Shown here one piece after another: positions 29,129 to 37,290 of a DNA stretch of 64,000 bases. A program made the translations under genes and the position numbers. Where the stretch lies: the NCBI GenBank assembly GCA_965262745.1, contig OZ253558.1, positions 1,858,494-1,922,493 of the forward strand, written 5' to 3'. This DNA comes from Chloroflexota bacterium (GTDB lineage: Bacteria; Chloroflexota; UBA11872). The notes under the pieces were generated by a model. The model did not search any database. It saw nothing but the letters and a program-made list of their open reading frames with translations, and was not told the origin of the DNA. The stretch's first letter is position 1; every line of letters begins with the position of its first letter.

Positions 29129-30109
29129 TTGGCGTTGATGACGCGCTTGGCGTTGGTCGGCAGCGGGCCGATCGACGACGCCTACGCTCGGAGCGCACCG
29201 CGCGCTTCCGGCGCCAGCATCGCCGCCGCGACAGACGGCGCGACGATTGACTCCGGCAACGTCATCGCAGCGCCCACGCTCGCTGAGCTGTTGGAAGCGC
29301 ACCCGGACGAGATCGACGCCGTGATCCTCCAGACGCCAACCGACGAGCGGGCGTCACACATCAAGCTGGCCGCCAACGCCGGAAAGCATGTGCTCGTGCA
29401 AGGCCCGTTGGCACGCTCCGCCGCCGGGGCGCGCGCCGTGGCCGATGCCTGCGCCGCCGCCGACGTGGTGCTTATGGCCGGCCAGCTCGATCGATACCGG
29501 TCGGATGTCGCGGCCGTGCGCACGAGCATGGACGCGGGCCAGGTCGGCCGGATCGGCCTGGTGCGCAGCCACCGTTGGCAACCGCCCGCCACGTCGTGGG
29601 AGCTCGACCCCGACCGCAGCGGCGGGATCTTCGTCCACGAGCTCACGCGGGAGATTGACCTGGCGGCCTGGCTCTTCGACGCCCCGCCCAACGCCGTGTT
29701 CGCACTCGCACGCGGGCAGGATGCCGACCGCCCGGACGCGGCCCTAGTGCATCTCGGGTTTCCCGACGGCGGGATGGCCGTGCTTGACGTTACGACGGCG
29801 CTGCCCGAGGGCGACGGGTATTGGTCCCTCGAGCTCATCGGAGCGGACGGCGCCGTGTATGCGGACGACCAGCACAACATGCAGCTGCTTTACCGGGGCG
29901 GAACGCCCGCCGCGCAGCTCACGACGCAAGGCGACGCCGCGGCGATCAGCCAGCTCCAGGCGTTCGTGGCGGCGGTGAGCGACGGCTCGGATGCATCAGC
30001 CAGCGTCACGGCCGGCGTCCTCGCCCTTGAAGTCGCCGAAGCCGCCATGGCGTCGGCGGCGTCCGGTCAGGCAGCCACACGCACGGACAACGGCTATGTC
30101 CTCATCTAG
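29129..30109 (+). CDS. Gfo/Idh/MocA family oxidoreductase
   Basis: LALVGSGPI Rossmann start, KHVLVQGP (EKP-like motif region), and a C-terminal alpha/beta dimerisation domain. Confidence 0.7.
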   Translation: MALMTRLALVGSGPIDDAYARSAPRASGASIAAATDGATIDSGNVIAAPTLAELLEAHPDEIDAVILQTPTDERASHIKLAANAGKHVLVQGPLARSAAGARAVADACAAADVVLMAGQLDRYRSDVAAVRTSMDAGQVGRIGLVRSHRWQPPATSWELDPDRSGGIFVHELTREIDLAAWLFDAPPNAVFALARGQDADRPDAALVHLGFPDGGMAVLDVTTALPEGDGYWSLELIGADGAVYADDQHNMQLLYRGGTPAAQLTTQGDAAAISQLQAFVAAVSDGSDASASVTAGVLALEVAEAAMASAASGQAATRTDNGYVLI

Positions 30110-31208
30110 CGCCAACACAGTCTTCCGAGTGGCGGTTCTCGGCGTGGTCAAACACGACTACGTGCCGCTGGGACTCGCCACGCACCCGCGATTCGATCCC
30201 GTCGTGGTGGCGGACGACGCCAGTCAGCCCGAATGGGTCCACGAGCGCAACCAGAAACTGGCCGACGAGTTGAACATCCCCTACGTGCGCGGCGTGGAGG
30301 CGGCGCTGCGGGACTACGACGTCCAGGTGGCCTGCGTGAGCCCCGAGGCCGAGCGGCACGCGGACCTGAGCGTGCGCGCCGCCAACGCCGGGCTGCACGT
30401 GGTGCAGGACAAGCCGATGTCGACCCTGGTCTCCGAGTGCGACCGCGTGGTGGAGGCCGTCGAACGCAATGGCGTGCAGTTCATGATGTGGAACCGCAAC
30501 ATGATGCCGGCAATGCTGCAGGCCCGGCGGGAACTAGAGAGCGGCGCGATCGGACACATACGCGCCGTGCATATCGACTTCTACTTCGCGAAGGATGCGG
30601 GACCGCGACGCGGGGAAGGTCGGCCCGACTCCCCCAAGATCGACTGGCTGGAAGCGCTCAAGGCGGCGCACGTGGACGGCTCGGACGGCGGCGTGGGGCA
30701 CGCGCCGATGGGCGAGTTGCAGATCGAGGGCATCTACCCGCTGTCGCACATCCGGACGCTCACGGGCGCGCGAATCCAGCGCGTGTTCGCGCGCGCGACG
30801 GCCCATTTCCACCAACGCAACGTCGATCACGGCATCGACGACCTAGCGTCGGTGACGTTGGAGATGGAGCACGGGATCGTGGGCACGCTGTGCATTGGCC
30901 GCATCGGGCGCGCCAAGCACGAAAACGACGGTGAGATCAAGATCCATATCGTGGGCACGACCGGCGCGATGGTGATAAACGAGCCGCGGCCCGAGGTGCG
31001 GGTGTTTTACCGGGGACGGACGGCCAGCGATTCGCCCGCACGGCGCGTCGGCGGAGACGCGGACTGGCTCCTGATGGAGAACTTTGCCCACGCGATCGAC
31101 ACGAACGGCGACACGATCCTGAACGCGCGCGTTGGCCGGGACATCGCGGCAACGGCGCAGGCCGCCATCGACTCAGGTCGCTCAGGCCGCCCCGTTGAGG
31201 TGACCTGA
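30096..31208 (+). CDS. Gfo/Idh/MocA family oxidoreductase
   Basis: Start at the ATG at 30096 (FRVAVLGVVKHDY), with LHVVQDKPM. Overlaps the upstream paralog by 14 nt. Confidence 0.7.
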   Translation: MSSSSANTVFRVAVLGVVKHDYVPLGLATHPRFDPVVVADDASQPEWVHERNQKLADELNIPYVRGVEAALRDYDVQVACVSPEAERHADLSVRAANAGLHVVQDKPMSTLVSECDRVVEAVERNGVQFMMWNRNMMPAMLQARRELESGAIGHIRAVHIDFYFAKDAGPRRGEGRPDSPKIDWLEALKAAHVDGSDGGVGHAPMGELQIEGIYPLSHIRTLTGARIQRVFARATAHFHQRNVDHGIDDLASVTLEMEHGIVGTLCIGRIGRAKHENDGEIKIHIVGTTGAMVINEPRPEVRVFYRGRTASDSPARRVGGDADWLLMENFAHAIDTNGDTILNARVGRDIAATAQAAIDSGRSGRPVEVT

Positions 31209-31209
31209 C

Positions 31210-32334
31210 CTAACCCGCTTCGGCGGCGTCGAACTCAGCCGTCTCGACCCAGGCGCCTCGCTGCGCCGAGGCGACGGCGGCGTCGGTGAATACCTGCACC
31301 CGCCAGCCGTCGTGCAGCCCAGGAGCCTCGGTTGGCTCTTGCGCCATGGTCGCGAGCAGGCCGGGATACACGAGGTCGGCGAAATTGTTGGGCGCATCGG
31401 GCGCGGGCACGGCCTCGAGCAGCTCCGATTCGCCGGGCTTCCGCGCGATGCGCAGATCGCCGGTATAGCGGCCGATGGAAATGGAGGCCTCGGAGCCGTG
31501 CAACTCGACATCCGGCGCCAGCGCCGATCGCAGGTAGGGCGCGTGGGAGACCATGAGCACGCCGACCGCGCCGTTCTCCAGTTCGAACGTGATATTGCCG
31601 TAGTCGAACGCCGTGCCGGCCCGGCGCGACTGCCCCGCCGTCGCGTCGTGCGCTTCGCTCCAGGCGAGAGCTTCCTCGAGATTGGGTTCGCCCAGGTCGG
31701 GTTTCGGCGGCGACAACACGCCGGCCTGCGCGAAAACGCGCCGCGCTTCGAGGCCGGTGAGCCAGCGCAAGGCGTCGTAGGCGTGCGAGCCGCCGTCGGC
31801 GACGCTGCCGGCGGCCGATTGCTCGGCGTCGTCACGCCAGGTGAAGGGCATCGATTGCAGCCGCGGGTTGTGCCAGCGATAGACCACGCCACGGATCTCG
31901 CCGATCAGGCCCTCGGCCAGCAGCTGGCGCACGCGCCGAAACACCGGCACGCCGCGGGTCCAGAACGGGACGAAGTGGCCCAGGCCGTGATCGCGGTAGG
32001 CCGTCCAAATCTCATAGGCCTCGCGCGCGTTCATGGCCACGGGCTTCTCGCACACGATGTGCTTGCCCCGCGCGGCGCATTCCAGGGCCATTTCGTGGTG
32101 CAGGACGTCGGGAACCGCCACGAGGACAACGTCGACGTCCGGGTGAGCCACCAGCTCACGCCAGTCCGTGGTGACGACCGAGGCGCCGTCCTCGCGCCCG
32201 GCGGCCTCCAGCAGGTCGCGGCGGCGCGCGCTGACCGCGACGATTTCATATTGCTCGGGTGCGTCGCGCATCTCGCGCCGGTACGGCACGCCAATGAACC
32301 CCGACGCGCCAATGACGCCAACCTTGAATCGCAT
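31210..32334 (-). CDS. Gfo/Idh/MocA family oxidoreductase
   Basis: MRFKVGVIGASGFIGVPY start and the KHIVCEKPVAMN motif. The ORF-track start at 32526 adds an Arg/Pro-rich leader that is unlikely to be real. Confidence 0.8.
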   Translation of the reverse strand: MRFKVGVIGASGFIGVPYRREMRDAPEQYEIVAVSARRRDLLEAAGREDGASVVTTDWRELVAHPDVDVVLVAVPDVLHHEMALECAARGKHIVCEKPVAMNAREAYEIWTAYRDHGLGHFVPFWTRGVPVFRRVRQLLAEGLIGEIRGVVYRWHNPRLQSMPFTWRDDAEQSAAGSVADGGSHAYDALRWLTGLEARRVFAQAGVLSPPKPDLGEPNLEEALAWSEAHDATAGQSRRAGTAFDYGNITFELENGAVGVLMVSHAPYLRSALAPDVELHGSEASISIGRYTGDLRIARKPGESELLEAVPAPDAPNNFADLVYPGLLATMAQEPTEAPGLHDGWRVQVFTDAAVASAQRGAWVETAEFDAAEAG

Positions 32335-32557
32335 TGCTCTACCTACCGGAGACCGCGCCGCATCATCAAACCGTGCGCGGTCGGCTTTGTCCACCCGGGC
32401 GGGGGGTCGTGAGGCGCGTGGCGTCCTTGGGCGGACGGTCTTTCCCGGCCCGATGCCCACCCTCGGACGATCCGAGGGCCTTGCAACAAAAAAGGGCGGT
32501 TCGCGAACCGCCCCTACGCCAAACATCCAAAGCGCCTCGTGGCTGATCAGGTTCGGC

Positions 32558-32629
32558 GGGGCCTGGATTCCGGCCCCGTATCGAGTACGGGGCAGGCTCT
32601 TCGCCGGAATGACAAAGGGTTACGCAAAG
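32558..32629. repeat. Family B intergenic palindromic repeat (GGATTCCGG...CCGGAATGAC arms with inner hairpin)
   Basis: ggggcctggattcc...ggaatgac...gggttacgcaaag shares both ends with 53881-53970. Inner stem CCCCGTA/TACGGGG. Confidence 0.8.
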
Positions 32630-32650
32630 CCCTCAGGGCAGGTCAGGGGA

Positions 32651-33904
32651 TCAGGTCGCGGCGCTGTGCGCCTCGGAAGCCCGAAGGCGTCGATTGAGCC
32701 GTCCGAGCCGATGCTCGAGCGCGGGGCGCGCGAGTGGATGGGGCAGGCCGTCGAGGAGCCGGTCGGCGCGCGTCAGCGCCTCGCGGGTGTAGTCGCGGGC
32801 CTTGGCAAAGTCGGCGGCCCGATGCTCGTAGTACTTGGCCAGCTCCACCAGCGCCCAGACGGCGCCGCGCCCCTCAAGCCCCCGCATGCCCTCCCACAGG
32901 GCCAGTGCATGGGTCCAAGCGCCGCGCCGCTTATGGGCCAGGCTGAGCGGCACTTGCGCCAACGGCCGCAAGGCTTCGTCCAAGCCAAGCTCCAGCGCCC
33001 GCGCGTAGGCCGCCAGCGCCGTGTCCATGTCCCCGGCAAGCGCGAAGGACCGCGCCGCGCCCAGCACCTGGGCGGGCTGGGCGTTCGGGCTGCGCCAGTC
33101 GTTGCAGGCGTCGCACGCGCGCGCCAGCAACGCCGCCATGGAAACCATGTCCTGCCGGTTGTGGGCCATCACCGGCACCAGCTCGTGAGCGTCGCCGGTG
33201 CGGAGATAGCGAAAGTAGATCTCGGGAATCTCATGGCTCGGTACATCGAGCGTTCGCTCAACGCCGAGGATCTCGCGCTCGAGGGTGCCAAGATCACGGC
33301 GCGGCAGCTGATGGCGCCACAAGCGGCGCGCGGCGTGCAGGAGGTCCAGCGCGCCCAGGGCATCGAGGGCGGTGCGCGTGCGATTCATGATGAAGCGCGT
33401 CCGCAACAGCGGTAGATCGAAGCTCTTGCCGTTGAAGCTCACCGTCCAGTCGAAGCGCGAGATCAGGCGCGCGAGGTGCGCCATCATGGCCGGCTCGTCG
33501 GCGTGATCGCGCATGAAGTACTGCTCGACCCGCAGCGCGCCGTCCTCCAGCCAGCCGCACCCGATCAGGAACGCGTAGGTGCCCGTCCCGCCGGCCAATC
33601 CGGTCGTCTCCGTGTCGATGAACAGCGCCTGGGCAAGCTCGAAATCCTCAAGGTCCGGGTCGCCGGTGAGCGTCGTCAGGGCGCGTCGAGCGGCGCCGTC
33701 GGGCCACGCCGGCGACAGCCCGCGCGGCAAGGGGTGACTCTGACTGATGACGAAGAACGACCCGGCGTCGTTGGACTCGAGCGCGCCGCCGATGAGATCC
33801 TCGACCGGAACGCCGGGTGCGGCAGATCGGGGCACGACCTCCGGAGACCCTTCGACCGGCTCCCACGGCCGCTTCCACGCCATCGCCCGAGGGTGTTGCG
33901 GCAT
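32651..33904 (-). CDS. mrfB: RNase H-like (YprB/MrfB-type) exonuclease with a TPR-like C-terminal domain
   Basis: LFIDTETTGL exonuclease motif, FNGKSFDLPLL, and a helical repeat C-terminus. Lies immediately downstream of the mrfA-like helicase. Start set after the helicase stop. Confidence 0.7.
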   Translation of the reverse strand: MPQHPRAMAWKRPWEPVEGSPEVVPRSAAPGVPVEDLIGGALESNDAGSFFVISQSHPLPRGLSPAWPDGAARRALTTLTGDPDLEDFELAQALFIDTETTGLAGGTGTYAFLIGCGWLEDGALRVEQYFMRDHADEPAMMAHLARLISRFDWTVSFNGKSFDLPLLRTRFIMNRTRTALDALGALDLLHAARRLWRHQLPRRDLGTLEREILGVERTLDVPSHEIPEIYFRYLRTGDAHELVPVMAHNRQDMVSMAALLARACDACNDWRSPNAQPAQVLGAARSFALAGDMDTALAAYARALELGLDEALRPLAQVPLSLAHKRRGAWTHALALWEGMRGLEGRGAVWALVELAKYYEHRAADFAKARDYTREALTRADRLLDGLPHPLARPALEHRLGRLNRRLRASEAHSAAT

Positions 33905-33917
33905 GGCGCGCGGAGGC

Positions 33918-36176
33918 TTAGACCGAAATGGCCGCGCGCGCTTGCAGCACCCGCAGCGTGGCCGCCTTAGCGCTGATGCCGTCGGCGACCGGCGGCCCCA
34001 CGCAGGCCGGGCAGCCCTCGTGGCAGTCGCAGTCGGCGGCCAGATCCGCCGCGGCCTGCATGACCTGATCGAACGAGGCGAACAGCCGCTCGCTGAGCCC
34101 CACGCCACCCGGATAGCGGTCGTAGAGGTAGAGCGTAGGCGCTTGCGTGAACGGCGACTTGATCTCGCTGACGACGCCGAGGTCGTGCGGGTCGCACATC
34201 AGATAGACCGCCGCCACGTTGGGCAACAGGTGCCGGGCGCCCCAGAGGCCGGATTCGATCTCGGCGCGGGACAGCGTCTCGGTCAACTCGGGGCGCATCC
34301 AGGCCCAGCACGCCTGCGTGTGCATCTCCTGCTCGGGGAGATCAATGGTGCCCCAGCCAACGTTGTCGTCGTCGCTGATACGCAGCTTCTTGAAGATCGT
34401 GGGCCGCGCCGTGACGCGAACCTCACCCCAGGCGCGCCCCAGCGGCGTCTCGTCTCGCTGCTCGAAGTCGTCGAGCACGGCGACGTTGACGTTCATGCTG
34501 GCGACGGTGTAGTGCTCCACCGAGACCTCTTCGACGTAGGCCTTGCCCTGATCCCAATCGAGGCGGTTGACGTGAAACTGGCGGCCGTCGTGGAGGTAGA
34601 TCGCGTCCTCGTGCACCCGCGTGGGCGCGGAGAAGCGGTCCACCTGGCCGATCACCTGCGGGCGGCTCTCGTCGGTGACGATGACGATGTTGTCGAGCGT
34701 GCCCATGCGCAGGCTCACGAACTGGGCGGGGTAGTCGTCAGCCGTCCAGTGATAGGTGCCCGCGGCCTTGTGCAGAATGCCCTCCTCGACGAGCATCCCC
34801 AGCGCGCCGTCCGTCGTGGAAACGCCGAAGGCCTCGTTTTCGATGAGCGGCAGCTCGAAGGCGGCGCACTTGAGGTGGCTGGTGTAGACGTAGAGGTTGT
34901 CGGGGTTGATGAGCGCCGACTCGACAGACTCGCGCAGCACGAAGTCCGGATTGCGCGCCACGAATTGGTCCAGCGGGCTCGACCCGGCCACGTAGACGGC
35001 AACCGACGCTTCGCGGCGGCGCCCGGCGCGACCGACCTGCTGCCAGAAGCTGGCCAGCGATCCCGGGTAGCCGCAGAGCACCGCTGCCTGGGCCTCGCCG
35101 ATGTCGACGCCCAACTCCAGAGCGTTGGTGGCCACGACCGCCCGAACCGTGCCGTCACGCAGGCCTTGCTCGATCTCGCGGCGTTCGGCCGGCAGGTAGC
35201 CGCCGCGATAGCCGCGAACCTCGCCGCGGCCCAGGTGCGGACCGCCGCGCAGCTTGCTGAGCAGCAGCTCGGTGGCCGTGCGGCTGCGTGCGAACGTGAG
35301 CGTCTGGATGTCATTGCCCAGCAGGACCCTTGAAATTTCCGCCGCCGCGTCGATCTCGGAGGCGCGAATCCCCAGCTGCGCGTTTACGACGCGCGGGTTG
35401 TAGAAGATCAGGTGCTTCTCGCCGCGCGGCGAGCCGTCGTCGTCAACCACGCGCAGGTCGCGGTCGGTGAGCCGGTCGGCAAGCTGCTTGGGGTTGGCGA
35501 TGGTGGCGGAGCAGGCCACGATCTGCGGTCGCGAGCCGTAGAACTCGGCGACTCGCAGCAACCGCCGCAGCACGTTGGCCAGATGGCTGCCGAAGATGCC
35601 GCGATAGACGTGCAGCTCGTCGAGCACGATGAAGCGCAGGTTCTCGAACAATCGGGTCCACTGGGTGTGGTGCGGCAGGATGCCCTGGTGGAGCATGTCG
35701 GGGTTGGTGATGACGACGTGCCCGGCCTGCCGCACCTTGCGCCGCGCGGCCGCCGCCGTGTCGCCGTCGTAGGTGAAGGTCTTGATGTCGGCGTCCGCCA
35801 CCTGGATCAGTGAGTAGAGCTCGTCCAGTTGGTCCTGCGCCAGGGCCTTGGTCGGAAAAAGATAGAGCGCGCGGGCCTGGGGATCGTCCAGGATGGCCTG
35901 CACGACGGGCACGTTGTAGCAGAGGGTCTTGCCCGAAGCCGTGCCGGTGACGATGCAGACGTCCTCGCCGTCAAGCACCTGCCTGATGGCCTCGGCCTGG
36001 TGGGTGTAAAGCTCGCGCACGCCGCGCTGCTCCAGCGCCCGCCGCAGGACCGGCGCGATGCCCTCTGGCCAGGGCGCATGCCGCGCCTCGCGCGCCGGCC
36101 GAACCTTCCAGGCCGTGACGCCGCGCGCGAAGGCAGCGTCACCGGACAGCCGGTCGGCAAGCTGGGCGGCGTTCAT
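33918..36176 (-). CDS. mrfA: DEAD/DEAH-box helicase with a C-terminal DUF1998/MZB domain (YprA/MrfA-type)
   Basis: Walker A TGTASGKT, DELH box (VLDELHVY), motif VI QQVGRAGRR, and a C-terminal Cys cluster CDCHEGCPACV. Confidence 0.85.
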   Translation of the reverse strand: MNAAQLADRLSGDAAFARGVTAWKVRPAREARHAPWPEGIAPVLRRALEQRGVRELYTHQAEAIRQVLDGEDVCIVTGTASGKTLCYNVPVVQAILDDPQARALYLFPTKALAQDQLDELYSLIQVADADIKTFTYDGDTAAAARRKVRQAGHVVITNPDMLHQGILPHHTQWTRLFENLRFIVLDELHVYRGIFGSHLANVLRRLLRVAEFYGSRPQIVACSATIANPKQLADRLTDRDLRVVDDDGSPRGEKHLIFYNPRVVNAQLGIRASEIDAAAEISRVLLGNDIQTLTFARSRTATELLLSKLRGGPHLGRGEVRGYRGGYLPAERREIEQGLRDGTVRAVVATNALELGVDIGEAQAAVLCGYPGSLASFWQQVGRAGRRREASVAVYVAGSSPLDQFVARNPDFVLRESVESALINPDNLYVYTSHLKCAAFELPLIENEAFGVSTTDGALGMLVEEGILHKAAGTYHWTADDYPAQFVSLRMGTLDNIVIVTDESRPQVIGQVDRFSAPTRVHEDAIYLHDGRQFHVNRLDWDQGKAYVEEVSVEHYTVASMNVNVAVLDDFEQRDETPLGRAWGEVRVTARPTIFKKLRISDDDNVGWGTIDLPEQEMHTQACWAWMRPELTETLSRAEIESGLWGARHLLPNVAAVYLMCDPHDLGVVSEIKSPFTQAPTLYLYDRYPGGVGLSERLFASFDQVMQAAADLAADCDCHEGCPACVGPPVADGISAKAATLRVLQARAAISV

Positions 36177-36452
36177 GCGGAACCTGGGTGCCTATGCAGA
36201 AGTGCACCACCGGTAACGCCAAGTATCACCGGCCCACCCTAGCGCACGACCGGCCACCACACAAATACCGAACACCCCGCTGCCAGAATCACTTGCCGGC
36301 GGCACCGGCATGGCCCCACATGTCAGATCCGCAGCCTCGCACCAGGTTGACCGGTCCCCGAGACTATGGAACATTGTTGGTTTAAGGCAGAAGCTGTTCT
36401 GATTGCCCCAGGCATCTCCATCCCTTTACGGAGGTACTGGAAGAAGCACGAT

Positions 36453-37253
36453 ATGCGTACGAAAGCACTTCCCTTGCGGATGGCGTCTATCTATGCGCTG
36501 AAGCTGATATTGATCATGCTTCTCAGCGTGTCTTGGCTGTTTGTCGATGTAGACCGAGTGCATGCATGTTCATGTTTTCCGATTGATCCTGCCGAGGCAT
36601 TTGACCGGTCTACAGCAGTGTTCTCCGGCGAGGTAGTTGATAGCCACCTGCTCTACGCAGACCTCGTCGATTACCTCAATATTTCCAATATACGTCGCCT
36701 TAATGATATCATGTCAGACCCTACTATTCTGGTCCTCTTCTACGAGTTTAAAATCGATGTCATCTGGAAGGGACATCCTTACGAATATGTTTACCTAATG
36801 ACGTCATCTTCCGACGCTTGTGGCGCGGTGTTCCAGCCGGGCAAAAAATATCTTGTCTACTCCGGCGACGGGACGTCAGCGTATCTTTGCGGATCGGTAC
36901 GCCTCGAATCGGCGCAGCAACACTTGGACGCGCTAGGACGGGTAGGACAAGGCCGTTTACCGGAGTCGGGATCACGCGCGCCGAGGCCGCCGAGCATGAG
37001 TGAGCGCATTTCCGCGGAGGGGATGGTTGCGAGGCTTTCGGGGTCTCTGTACGAGCTACTGGAGGAGCGCAATTCTAAGTCTCCAACGCCGACGCCAACG
37101 GCTACGCCAGCACCAACCCCACAGTTTGCTCGAGTCAGCGATGAGGCAGGCGCTCCGGAATGGCTCATTCCCACCGTCGCCGGCGTTGCGGGAGTCTTGA
37201 TTGGCGTCCTCACGACCACACTCACGCTGCGACGGCGCCGTGGCGGCACATAG
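36453..37253 (+). CDS. Secreted, C-terminally membrane-anchored protein with a TIMP/NTR-like N-domain
   Basis: Signal peptide ending VHA, then a mature start [12 protein letters not shown]. Later Cys residues at SSSDACG and AYLCGS. A PT-rich linker, then a TM helix plus RRRRGG tail. The region is markedly low in GC. An alternative upstream ATG at 36366 is possible. Confidence 0.7.
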   Translation: [266 protein letters not shown]

Positions 37254-37290
37254 GCTCCAGCCGTAGCGCGGTCGACTGAGGAGCGAGTTC

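Noticed and set aside
33747-35333. 528-aa plus-strand ORF
   Set aside because: It is antisense to the mrfA-like helicase, whose Walker A, DExH and motif VI are unambiguous on the minus strand. The ORF has no recognisable motifs and is Arg/Val/Gly/Asp-rich.
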